Positions 36,918 to 48,000 of a stretch of DNA of 64,000 nt are shown here, piece after piece. The notes below the pieces were generated by a model. It searched no databases and was not told the origin of the DNA. It saw only the letters and a list, made by a program, of their open reading frames with translations. Each line of letters begins with the position of its first letter. Position 1 is the first letter of the stretch. Position numbers and translations under genes: made by a program. The DNA comes from an uncultured Candidatus Saccharibacteria bacterium (GTDB lineage: Bacteria > Patescibacteriota > Saccharimonadia > Saccharimonadales > CAYUUR01), in assembly GCA_964448075.1 (NCBI GenBank), contig CAYUUR010000002.1, forward strand, positions 645-64,644, given 5' to 3'.

Positions 36918-37928
36918 CTACATAAGAACGCGTAGTAGTGTGTCAATCGAATCTTCTAACGTAAAGAATCGTGATGCAACCTCGCGCTCTTTGCGACTGA
37001 CTTCACCGAGTGCAATGGCTTCTTCAATACCCTTCACAAGTGCCTTGGGACTACGCGGCTTGACAAGGGTAAGAAGGCCGCAGTTGGTCTGTGGGATACC
37101 GCCAATGTTACTTGCCACGACCCGACAACCCGCATGCTGGGCCTCGACCGATAGCATACCGAACGGCTCATTGAATACTGAAGGCATTAGAAGTACATCA
37201 TGCCGAGAAAGTACGTTAGCCATGTCTTTAACACTGTTTTGCGCGGGAATAAGCTTGGCATAAGGATATGCCCGCAGCATCTGCTCTAGCGTCTTGCCAG
37301 ATTCTACATTAAGCCCTGCGGTCACAATACTGACCCGCCAGTCAGCCTTCTCACCCTCGTAGCTGAGTCGATGTTGCATCTCAAGCAGCGTGTAGATGCC
37401 CTTCTCCGGGTGCAGACGTCCTGCAAAGATAAGACGCGGATGCTTAACTGGCCTGGATCGTTTGGCGGCGTAATACTCCGGCGCTGCAAACGGAGCAACT
37501 ACACGCATATGACTGACCGGGATCTCTAAAAACAACGCCCATTGCTGAGCGTTATAGAAACTGGTTGCGATAATCATTTTGTCCTGCATCCCCTTGACAT
37601 CGTAGGCATTACGCTGATAGCGGTTTGGCAAAACATTATGTACAATCACAGCCACTAAGCGGTTTCTTTTTTTAGGTGTTTTGAAGTAATTATTAACATG
37701 GACTATGTTGCCTCCTAGCTGAGCTACTTCTTTCCTGCTGGGCAAATATAGGAAAGGGATGTCATCAAAGCCAGGCGATTGTGCCTGCGATTTATTCACC
37801 TCAGTAATCACTACTCGTGCGTCAATGCCTTGGCGCAGCAATTCACGCACCTGACCGGCTGTGTACGTCTCTGAACCACCCGTCCCCGCTAACATTTGTT
37901 CTCCCGGTGGCCAGATGAAATTAATCAT
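36918..37928 (-). CDS. glycosyltransferase family 4 (GT-B, group 1)
   Basis: C-terminal EX7E motif (EPFGMLSVEAQHAGCRVVAS) and GT-B fold. Confidence 0.8.
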   Translation of the reverse strand: MINFIWPPGEQMLAGTGGSETYTAGQVRELLRQGIDARVVITEVNKSQAQSPGFDDIPFLYLPSRKEVAQLGGNIVHVNNYFKTPKKRNRLVAVIVHNVLPNRYQRNAYDVKGMQDKMIIATSFYNAQQWALFLEIPVSHMRVVAPFAAPEYYAAKRSRPVKHPRLIFAGRLHPEKGIYTLLEMQHRLSYEGEKADWRVSIVTAGLNVESGKTLEQMLRAYPYAKLIPAQNSVKDMANVLSRHDVLLMPSVFNEPFGMLSVEAQHAGCRVVASNIGGIPQTNCGLLTLVKPRSPKALVKGIEEAIALGEVSRKEREVASRFFTLEDSIDTLLRVLM

Positions 37929-37979
37929 TATAAGCCTAGTATACTACCGATCTAAATATTCCGTATTCTGTGTTAGCCC

Positions 37980-38951
37980 TTAAGCAAGCTTGCTGCGCAG
38001 CACAAGCGCCATGGCGTGTGACCAGGCTAGAGGTGTATGTGAGCATTGTTTATTATTGGCTAGGTACGACTCGGGTAGACCGTTCTTGGTGTATAAAGAT
38101 TCTGTTCGACGTAAATATTCCTTAGCCTTATCGATGTTACCAAGTTCAAAATTAGCAACGCCCAGCCATGGCAAGCCCATCACCCACTGCGACTCTTCAC
38201 CGTCCTTGGATTCATAAATATCACCAACGTAACGGATAACTCCGTGTTCGCGCAGTAACGTACTTTCGACAGCTGCTACGATATCAGCACGCTTGTAGCC
38301 GCACGGCCAAACCAGCGACAACTGCGCCAAATCAACCTCGTGCCGAGCGCTCTCTCGCGGCAATAGGTTTTCTAGATTCTGTCTTGCCACTGCTAGCATT
38401 TTTTCATCGTACTCGCAAAACCCGGACACTTTCTCAATTCCCTTGATGCAAGCAGCCAACGATGAGGCGTGGAGCGTAGGCTCTTCTTCCCACATGCCGT
38501 TGTCAGCGTCACGCGAATATTGGCAAGTCTCAAGGTAATGCACCAGTTGTTGACAAACCTTTTTCATCTCACTAGTTAGTAGCGACAGGTCAGTTTGGTA
38601 CATTTTCCCCAGCCCTAACAACAGCACACCAACAGCATCGTGCTGCTTATTGCTCCACTCACCGCTCACAATTGCGCCTTCGGCAGTAAAGCGCGGCGGC
38701 AGTACTTGATCGCTTTCTACTGGATAAGTCCTTCTTTCCAGCAGTAAATGATATTTAGCTATGATCCCGCAAAGAGCTTGGTAAACTCTAGCGGCATCCT
38801 TGCTTTGACCGATTTCCTGCAAGGCCAGCGCCACATAGACGTTATCTCGTATCCAAACATGTTGATAGTCGGGGCCGTCTCCAGCAAGAAACAATCCGTT
38901 GGCAAGCTGTTGAGACCTAATCACTTCAAGATCTTTGTTAAAGTCATGCAT
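37980..38951 (-). CDS. glycoside hydrolase 15-related (alpha/alpha)6-barrel protein
   Basis: HVWIRDNVYVALAL and a helical-repeat pattern typical of the glucoamylase/glucodextranase-like six-hairpin fold. Confidence 0.55.
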   Translation of the reverse strand: MHDFNKDLEVIRSQQLANGLFLAGDGPDYQHVWIRDNVYVALALQEIGQSKDAARVYQALCGIIAKYHLLLERRTYPVESDQVLPPRFTAEGAIVSGEWSNKQHDAVGVLLLGLGKMYQTDLSLLTSEMKKVCQQLVHYLETCQYSRDADNGMWEEEPTLHASSLAACIKGIEKVSGFCEYDEKMLAVARQNLENLLPRESARHEVDLAQLSLVWPCGYKRADIVAAVESTLLREHGVIRYVGDIYESKDGEESQWVMGLPWLGVANFELGNIDKAKEYLRRTESLYTKNGLPESYLANNKQCSHTPLAWSHAMALVLRSKLA

Positions 38952-39130
38952 GTATTCATAATAGCAAACATCCTACCGTCTCGCGCCGTGCCCGATACCC
39001 CGAACAAGATTCATTGGAACTACTGCACGTATCGCGCAAGCATGAGCAATAAGAAACGCGTTTGATCGCGTCACATTTGATGAGCCGTAGCGGAGGAAAT
39101 GTGGAACTTTTATGCTCAAGAAAGTTAGAA

Positions 39131-40168
39131 TTACACGGCTTGGTGTTCGTTTTCTGCCGATAACTTTGGGCGATAAAAGTCTTTAAGTTGAGCCATGATG
39201 CTCTCCGGTAGGGTAGTGAGTGCGAGGACATAATTGCGACGCTCCTTGAAAGACTGGGCGTAAACAAAGTCAATGTCTTTTTCACTAAGCAAGGGTATAA
39301 GTTTATCTCCTTCGAGAAGAGTGCGATCATGACTTCTGGGTGGGTCTGCAGGATAATGCTTAGTGAAATCACTTGGGTCGAGCCCCTTATCTTTAATAAT
39401 GCGAAGCATTACAGGTAGCGCAAAGAGCTCCGCCCTGTCGGCAATTGATTGATACAATTTCTTCCTGCTTTCATTAGAAATAGTCTCGTTGACAGCAATG
39501 TTTTCTGGACTGTACTCTCCTGCAAATGCATCGCCAAACGCACCCCATATGTAAGTAGGGATAGGGCCATTATAACCAACCTCTTCGGCGCTTTTTGCTG
39601 TCGCTTGGAGTGCACACCAATAGTCCAGATTAGAACGTGAAGGGTCAAGATCGACAACTTCACGACCTTTGGTATTTTCTAGCAAAGAGGCGTATATATC
39701 ATTGTCTTCGTCGGTTCCATTATAGCCGTGTTCAAGAAGCATGTAAGTAAATCTGCTTGTTCTACCGTTTCCGTCTTCGTAAGGATGGATAGCGTTAATG
39801 GATAAACCAAGAATAAGAGCGGCATCTTCTGGTGACGGGGCTTGCTGAGCAGCTTCGTAGGCAAGTCGCATGAGTGGCTCGCGATCCTCTTTGAGCGGAG
39901 GCTGATGTTCAATGCTACTACCGGATAGCACACCTGTTTGTTGTACGAAGCCACCACCGTCCATATGCCTCCCTGAAGTCGGGATGTTACGTTGAAGACC
40001 GTTGAGGCGATTAAGAAGTGATGAAAAGTCTTCGTAGGAGTGTGCTTCAATAAACTGTTTTGCTGCTTCAGGAGTAGCAAATGTCTCTGCTGCACCAAGG
40101 CGCTCCATTAATGCGACGGCGGTAGGGATTGTCTTTGTTTCGATTGTTGGCGTGATTGTTTCAGACAT
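39131..40168 (-). CDS. Fic/DOC-family protein (putative AMPylase/toxin-like)
   Basis: Fic motif HPYEDGNGRTSR (HPFx[DE]GNGR). Start trimmed to MSETITPT at 40168; the track ORF is an upstream extension running into tRNA-Asp. Confidence 0.85.
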   Translation of the reverse strand: MSETITPTIETKTIPTAVALMERLGAAETFATPEAAKQFIEAHSYEDFSSLLNRLNGLQRNIPTSGRHMDGGGFVQQTGVLSGSSIEHQPPLKEDREPLMRLAYEAAQQAPSPEDAALILGLSINAIHPYEDGNGRTSRFTYMLLEHGYNGTDEDNDIYASLLENTKGREVVDLDPSRSNLDYWCALQATAKSAEEVGYNGPIPTYIWGAFGDAFAGEYSPENIAVNETISNESRKKLYQSIADRAELFALPVMLRIIKDKGLDPSDFTKHYPADPPRSHDRTLLEGDKLIPLLSEKDIDFVYAQSFKERRNYVLALTTLPESIMAQLKDFYRPKLSAENEHQAV

Positions 40169-40402
40169 TGTTGTTCTTTTTTTGTTTTGGCTGTTTACAT
40201 CAGTAATATTACCACAAAAAAGTACTAAAGTCAAACTGTAGGGACCCGACCTTCTGCGCACGGCTGCGGGCTTTCTCGGAGCGAGCTCCTGCGAGAGCCC
40301 TTGCCGACCGAACTGGCGATTCGCGTATTTGCAGAGCAAATCCGCATCGCAGACAAGTCTGCCCAATGAAAAAGCCCAGTCGCAAGGACTGGACTCTTTC
40401 AT

Positions 40403-40479
40403 TGGCGGGCCCGACCGGATTCGAACCGGCGATCTCCTCCGTGACAGGGAGGCATGTTAGGCCTCTACACCACGAGCCC
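40403..40479 (-). tRNA. tRNA-Asp (anticodon GTC)
   Basis: Minus strand GGGCTCG...CCTCC-CTGTCAC-GGAGG...GCCGG-TTCGAAT-CCGGT-CGGGCCC-G-CCA. Confidence 0.9.
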
Positions 40480-40554
40480 GCATCTGTTGTTGCGTTCACT
40501 AAACGAACGAATAACAGGGGCAATCATAGCAAGTTATTGCTCAAAATGCAACGA

Positions 40555-41001
40555 TTACTGGGCTGGTACTTCTTGGTTGGCAGCGATTGTGATGACATTT
40601 ACAATCTGTTTGGTTGACGGTCGGTATATGATGACCTTACGCTTTTCTTGATAAATCAGTAGCTTGTCGCCATTCTTTACGCCTTCAAAAACCGGATTGT
40701 CGGCAAACTTGGCCTCGTCTTTAACAAGCGCTGGGATTGGTTGCTCACCCGTTGGTAGCACCATCACCTTGCCAACTTCACTTACGGTATCTTCTGATTC
40801 CTTGGCTACCGCAGCAGCTGGGTCGTTATAGCGCTTTAACTCTGCCCGCGCGTCCATATACTGCCACACCAAAACGCCAACTGCGAGTACCGCCAGCACA
40901 ACCAAACCTCGTTTGATATTTTTTGGTGTCAGGTGAGCCTTAAAACCCGTTGCTTTTGAACGGGCAGTCTTCCCATCTTCATTAATATATACATTCCCCA
41001 T
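40555..41001 (-). CDS. single-pass membrane-anchored hypothetical protein
   Basis: Likely start MGNVYINEDGK at 41001. TM LVVLAVLAVGVLVW then a ~100-aa ectodomain. Confidence 0.5.
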   Translation of the reverse strand: MGNVYINEDGKTARSKATGFKAHLTPKNIKRGLVVLAVLAVGVLVWQYMDARAELKRYNDPAAAVAKESEDTVSEVGKVMVLPTGEQPIPALVKDEAKFADNPVFEGVKNGDKLLIYQEKRKVIIYRPSTKQIVNVITIAANQEVPAQ

Positions 41002-41119
41002 AATCTTGTAGCTTAAGTTTATCGGGTCTCCCCTGTTTGCGCAACTTGATTTGCCTATGTTAATCCGGGCAAACTCTCGGTACAATATAAGCACCCGTTG
41101 AGGACCTATGAGGAAGTAA

Positions 41120-42064
41120 TTGAAACGTAATATATTTGTCATCACAACTGTTGTTCTAGTACTAATCAGCCTTTTTTTGGGCTATCAGCTCTTCTGCTCC
41201 AAGAAGAACGAGATGCCAACTGAAGCACAAGCCAAGTATCCGCTACTCGCCAAGCGTATATTCCTGGAGAACCCTAACGACACCATTGTTAACTTTACCC
41301 CTCTGCGCAAGCAGATAAGCGATTACTTAGCCAAAACAAAAATCCCGCATAGCTTCTACTTCGAATACCTACCGACGGGGTCAAATATCCGCGATGGCGA
41401 GACCAATGAACTAGTCGGTGCTTCTCTTATGAAGATTCCAATCGTCATGGATCTGTACAAAGCTGCAGAACTCGGCAAAGTTGACCTTGATAAGAAAGTG
41501 ACCGTGACCGCAGAAGCCGTCAGCAACGATGGTGTTTACGGCAATACTGACCAGCTCAAGCCAGGCGACAGCCTTACGCTCAGACAAGCCGCAAAAATTG
41601 CGCTCATCGAGTCAGATAACACAGCTGCCTACGTGGTATACGCAAACACAAAAACCGTCCTCAAAGATGATGAGCTGGCCATCAAAAGCCTCGATGTAGA
41701 GTTTGCTGAAACGAACACCGCAACCGGTAGCTACGTATTGATTGGTTCGCGTGCCTATTCTTCCTTTTTGTCATGCCTCTACTTCTCGTGCCATCTCAAC
41801 CGTGAGCACTCCCAAGAAATCCTCAATCAGCTAACTGAATCAAAGGACAACAATCGACTCCGCGCTGGTGTCCCCGCCGATGTCAAAGTAGCCCGTAAGA
41901 TTGGCTCGTTCAGCAAACAAACCCAGAGCGACTGTGGCATCGTGTATATACCGAATCGCCAATACTCCATCTGTTTGATGCTACAAAGCGACGACGCCAT
42001 GACGAACAATCACTTCAAAGCCATCTCTAAAATGGTCTACGATTACGTATCTACCGCTAATTAG
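41120..42064 (+). CDS. beta-lactamase/transpeptidase-fold serine hydrolase-like protein (class A-like)
   Basis: N-terminal TM/signal. S-x-x-K (SLMK), S-D-N (IESDNTA) and a variant KTG box (KIG). Confidence 0.55.
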   Translation: MKRNIFVITTVVLVLISLFLGYQLFCSKKNEMPTEAQAKYPLLAKRIFLENPNDTIVNFTPLRKQISDYLAKTKIPHSFYFEYLPTGSNIRDGETNELVGASLMKIPIVMDLYKAAELGKVDLDKKVTVTAEAVSNDGVYGNTDQLKPGDSLTLRQAAKIALIESDNTAAYVVYANTKTVLKDDELAIKSLDVEFAETNTATGSYVLIGSRAYSSFLSCLYFSCHLNREHSQEILNQLTESKDNNRLRAGVPADVKVARKIGSFSKQTQSDCGIVYIPNRQYSICLMLQSDDAMTNNHFKAISKMVYDYVSTAN

Positions 42065-45000
42065 TTCTGCGATTGCAGTGGAACATCTACGGTCTTTGCG
42101 TCTTTGACGCTGACCGCGGTCCAGGCAAACTCGATGTCCTCGGTGGCGTCTTCTGACAAGATGATCGTAAAGCCCTCTTCGTCCAGGTCGTCATAGGCAA
42201 ACTGCGTGAACTTACCGTTCTTGATGTTAACTGTCACGACCGGAGTATCTTCGTATGGCTTTTCGAATTCTATCTTCACTTTCTTTTGCGTCTTGTAGAT
42301 AGTAGCGAAGCCGGCGGAATCGTTGTTCTGGGTGAGCCGTCCCTCAATCTGCACATCTTTCTGGAAGATAACTGTGTCGACAAATGTTGCAAGGCGGTAG
42401 AAGATCGAGGCGCCGAGGAACTTGACTGGGCCAGCCACTTCTAACGCGCCATTTGCAAACAAGACACCATCAATAGTAAGGTCTTTGCTAACCGTTGCCG
42501 TTTTCACGATGAAGTTATCCATGTCTATTGCTGGTGTTACAGTACCCGTAGTAGTACTGGTGTTTGTACCTGTAGTGGGCTTGCCTGTCAGTTTGCCGAC
42601 TAGGATTTCTAAGCCTTCTATCTTATTAGCCTTGATGCTATCTGCCGTAATGTCTTTGGCGATGATGCTAAGACCATTTACCTCTAGTGCACTGACGCGA
42701 TCAGCCAATATCTCTGACTGCGGCTCGTCCGTTGCCACTTGCTGCTGTTTGCGGCCAAGTAGGTAGCGAATAATCTCGTCTGATTTTTGCAGCTTCTCAT
42801 CCAAGACACCTTCTTGGAGATTAACCAGTGGGCCAAGCACCGTATCTGGCAGTGTGAAGCCTGAGTCTTGGAATTCTTCCATAGCGACCTCTACTTTTTG
42901 ACCACTATAGTCGACCAAGTTCACAAATACCGTTATAGTCGTGCAGCGCAGATTATCTGGACTTCCTTCTGGACAATCAATAAGCGTGTCAGGATTAACG
43001 TCTTCAAGAGCGACACCGACGACTCGACCAGCAGCCACCGCCTTCATGCCGTGCCCCGGGATACTACTAGATGTGATCCTGTCACCAGATTTTATCTTTT
43101 CGTTCGGCTTAAGAGCAACCTTAACTGGCACGCGACCACTGAGAGCAATCGGATACGAATTATCTTCTTGTGGGCCGATGACAATACCCGGCTGGGTTGC
43201 CACAATTCCCAGTGCCTTATCGTCATATGGCTGGCTGGTCCGACGCACCACGCCAACGTTATTGTCTTCTGAGCTAACAATTTCTCCAGCAGTTAGCGAC
43301 TCAAACGAGGTAAAGCGCTCGGCAAGGTCAGCACCACCAACACCACCCACTTCTGAAGACACACCTGCCATACCATCGACAATCAGCTCACCCCGAATCG
43401 AGGATACATTACTGAAGAACTTATCGACGTCTTGCTCGAGATTTCTGTCGAATTTTTCGAACCATACGTTCGCCGAAGAGCCCATTGCCACCACACCGCT
43501 TTCTACCGAGAAGGCGTCAATGTCATCGGCGTCCGTACCCGACCAACTTGTGCTGGTAGTGTCTGTGACACCAGCATCTGAGTGGTAAAGATTTGATATG
43601 AAGGAATTTCCATAACCACCAAAGACGCTGACTGCCCCACCATCACTACCATTACTCGTTCCAACGTATAAGTCAGGGTTTGTGCCTAAGAAGTTCGAGT
43701 TATTGAGTGCGATCGACGTGACCGTATTGGTGTCCCCGTACAATTTCTCCGGGACAACCTCATAGTTTGAATCAGTGCTTGGCGTTACCGTCCAAGCCGG
43801 GCTAACGGTCAGGGTCGTGCCATCGTTGGCAATGACTCGTCTTGACTGACCAGCGCCTGTTCCGCCAGTAATCTCAACCATACTTCCCACAAATGCGTTA
43901 GTGACGTACGACTCTCCAGAGTCACCAATTGTAGTACTACTGCTTGTAGTCGCAGCCGATACGACTGTCGAAGGTTTAGCCAACGCGCTGCGTCCTTCAA
44001 GATATCGTTTCCTGATTTGTGCCTGACTGAGAGTATCAGATGTAGTAGCGCCACCACTGGCAAAGTAGACATCATCAATATCTCCATCCCAGAAGTTTCC
44101 ACCTGCGGCACCACTAGCGTCCGCACCAATCGTTAAAATTTGTGAAGCATCTAACGTACCGGTTGCTCCAAGCGTCGTGTCACAGCCAACGGCTAGTTTA
44201 CCATCAAGGTATAGACATATACCCGTATCCGTATTGAGAGCCACGACATGGTGCCATTGGTTATCGTTATATGTCTGAGTTGAGGTAACAGAGTCATCAT
44301 ACCCAGCAGTTGCAGCGGTATCCTGAATACCAAAAACGATTTGACCACTTGAGTTCATCTCAACCGTGTAGCCGATACCTTCCGTACCAGCAAACGCACT
44401 GTATCGCTTATCAATTAGAACGTCAGTACCTGTAACAGTCGCAGAGTGCTTAAACCACGCCTCTACATGGAATGAGATGGCCGCAACGTTGAAGTCAGCG
44501 TCTGTATCGCAAGTACCGTCATTATTAGCATCTGAACAGAGGAATTGGCTCGTGCCGTTGAATCTCAGCCCTGTGCCATGAACACCATTAACCCCATAAG
44601 TAGGCGCGACTTCTGGTTCAAGTACACTGTTGCGAATAGTTGCATCCGTCAGATCTCCAGATAGGTTATCAAAACTAAACATACCTCGTTGAGTCCCTGA
44701 CATATAACCAGTCTCGCGGCTAATATTGTAGTTCTTCGACCAACCAATAGAAGTACCAGACGCCGTGTTAGTATCGTGAACTTCTGTTAGCCCAGCGCTA
44801 TGGCCAACATATATCAGATCTGCCGCGTCGTCAGCCATCGATGCACGTTCCATTACTTTCAATGCATCAGGCGCACCCACCGCGAATGTTGGTGCGGCTG
44901 CACCATTTGCCACGTGCGGCAGGTTTGCAGCCTGCTCATCAAACACATCCGTAGGTGTTGCCTGGTCAGCTTTCGCTACATCGATACCGACCGTACCGTT

Positions 45001-48000
45001 TGCTTGCGTACCATATCGCTCTACTTGAGATAAGGTTACGTTGAGTCCGTAGAGACGACCTCTCTTCGTCACATAGACAGAGCTAAACTGATCTGTCAGG
45101 TTATCACCAAAATCAAGCGTTTGCTGTGCGGATAGGTTAATGACCGACATTGAATCATCTGTGGCAGCGGCAATAAACGTCGCACCGTTCAGTGGTCCAC
45201 CGTTTGTTTCGACAGAACTTGATCCATACAGCACCGAGCCGTGCACGGCATTTACAGCGTTATGGCGAATGGCCATAGCCGTACGACTATCGATGTTGTA
45301 CGTAACAGCCGTGTTACGGTTGGCGATATTCTTGTCACCCTGGTCTCGGTCAGTTGTGTTGTAGTTGAACAAACGATCACTTGTGAAGTCGATAGCATAT
45401 AAACCGCCTGCTGCCGAACCGTTTGCGCCGACGTACACAACCCCATTGAGCGCAAAGACACTGGAAGGATCATTGTTTGTATCGACGCCAATCGCGTAAC
45501 CAGATGCATTCTGGTTAAATTTCATGAACATTTTATAGTCATTGGCATCAAATATATACACCGCGCTTGAGGTAGATACGATAATCGCTTTCTTTGGAAA
45601 GGCCGACGAACCACAACGAGTGTCACTGGCAATATTACATGCGTCACCATAGCCATCGTTCTTACTCTCTGAGTACCAGCTCAAAGCTCGAGATGTTGGC
45701 GAGTCTGTCCATGCGCCAACATCAGAATCCTTAGTCGTGTCATATACGAAGATATCTGATATGCCCGTAAGGCCAGTCTGTTTTGAGATACCTTTCTTTA
45801 CAAGGTCGCCGTACAAATCAATCTGCCCCGGGCTCGTGGCGCTACCGACCTGGAACGTACCGTCAGTTTTGAGCGTAGCCACGCCACTGCGGTACAGATT
45901 GGTGTCGCGTGATGAGCCAAAGGCAATGCCGGCTGATGCGGTCGTATTATCAGCGTTACCGCTCAACCATAACGTCTGGGTATCTGCTGCATCAATACGC
46001 ACGCCATAGTCAGTGCTGCCAACGGACTGAGCAGCAACTCGAATTCCATAATTGTTCGCGATAGTTGCTCCTGAGACAGTAGCACTATTTATCTGTAAGC
46101 CTGCAGCCGTAGTGACCGTACCTCCACCTGCCATGCCAATCCCGCCCTCAAGCGCATACGCATCGGTCATGGTCCCGCCAAAGAACACACTCGAAACAGC
46201 GCCACTCACTCCAACGGCTTTTACTACGTCTCCACCGGCGACTCCGATTACCCCGCCCGAAAGGCCATAGATATAATCGGCGCTGCCGAAGGCATTACCG
46301 CCAGCCAAAACGTTAATCCCTTTTACGGTGGAGGTGCCAGTTCCAGCGTTGTCACCGCTTACGGTTAAATCCAGACCAAAGGTATTAATTGTCCCCCCGG
46401 TGGCACCTGACCTTGCCACTACTAATTGCTGACCATAGGTATTGTCAGTACCAGTCGTAACTATACCAGTATCTGAAACTGAAACCTTCAGGCTATAATC
46501 GTCCGCCGCAGTGGTATTGGTACTCGTAAACGCCGTGTCTATCTTGCCATTATCAGCAATAGTAAACACAGTCGTGCCATTGTCTTGAATGATGTAGTCA
46601 CCGGTACCGGCAAGGTTGGTGACTACATTGCCGGAGCCGTTATTCGTGATGGTATACGCAGGGTTGTCGGTCGCATCGAGTGTGTAGCTGTAAGCACCGG
46701 TGTCACTCAGCGTCATGAAGGCTGTTCCGTTATCTTGGAACTCGATATCGCCGGCACTTGCCAGGTTGTAGACGATGTCTGCAGCATCAACTGATGCCGA
46801 CGTAACCCGTAGTGGCGAAGCCGTTGAGCCACTAAGTGTAGCAATATCGGTAATGAATTGATCTTGTGCACCACCCCCGGTTGAAGCAGCGTTCTCAGTA
46901 AAGGTAAAGCCGCTTTCGGCTGCCGTCAGTTGCCAATTCCAGACCACGTTGTTTGCGGCATTGTTGATACTTGCCCCGGTCGTTGCAGCCGTCACCTGAT
47001 CGAGCCGCGCTCCGCTGCCACCAGCACCACAGCCTGCATCAGTCGTGTTACAGACGGTCTTTACGACGCCGTTTTCTATAATCTTCACCTTGTTGAGCGT
47101 TGAGTCATAGAACAAACCGCCGCTGAGCGCACTCAGGTTACTCGTTGGGTCAGCAGTTGTGCCGTCGAGCTGTAGAATCGTCGTAGCCGTATCGGTACCA
47201 GTAGAATTACCTATCTTTACCCTGTTACCGCCGCTGCCACTGCGAGTTGCCGTGTCTACTGTCATCACTGTTTCTGCTGCTGAGGCACTTTGTACCAGCA
47301 AGGCACTGCTGGCAGTACTGACCAGATTCAACGCATCGTCTGTTTTGAGTTGATTGGCTGCACCCCGATATAGGTTAGTGTCTCGTGACGTCCCAAATGC
47401 GATACCAGCCGCTGAAGTAGTCGGGTCAGCTTGATCGTTAGCAATCCATAAGGTTTGTGTACTTGATGCCCCCAGCGCAGCCGTATAGTTGCTACCTGCA
47501 GCCGTATTGCCGCCAACGAACAAGCTATAGGCAGTCGTAATTGTTGAGCCGGCACCCTCACTGACCCCGTCAACATACAAACCATAGGCAGTTGGCACCG
47601 TAAATGTAGCCGCTCCTGTAGCCGCTGCAACACGCAAACCAACAACGCTCGTTGGGTTCGTAGGATTCGTAATCGTCGCACCAATATACCCACCATAGCA
47701 ACCAAAGAGACAATCACGAGCACTGGTGAAGTTTTCCCTCACCTCAAGGGCAGTGGTGAGGATGCTTATTAGACCCGGGTCGCCAACATACAAGGCACCA
47801 TCTACCGCCACTCGAGAGGAAAGTGTATCAGCCGTAAATAGTGGTGTACCCGCAGCATTTTGGATTTCGAACGCTGTGGTTGTGTCGTCTCGCGGCCGTA
47901 TAAGCAAAGCCGTATCAATGGCGCCGCTAAATGCTAAAGTGCCGGCAGTGTATGAAAGCGCTGTTGAGCCGGCCGTAAGGCTAATTGCATCGATGTAAAC

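Noticed and set aside
40209-40617. ORFs 40209..40523(-) and 40366..40617(+)
   Set aside because: Both overlap tRNA-Asp (40403-40479) and have no coding signal. The Fic ORF extension 40169-40402 is likewise rejected in favour of the MSETIT start.
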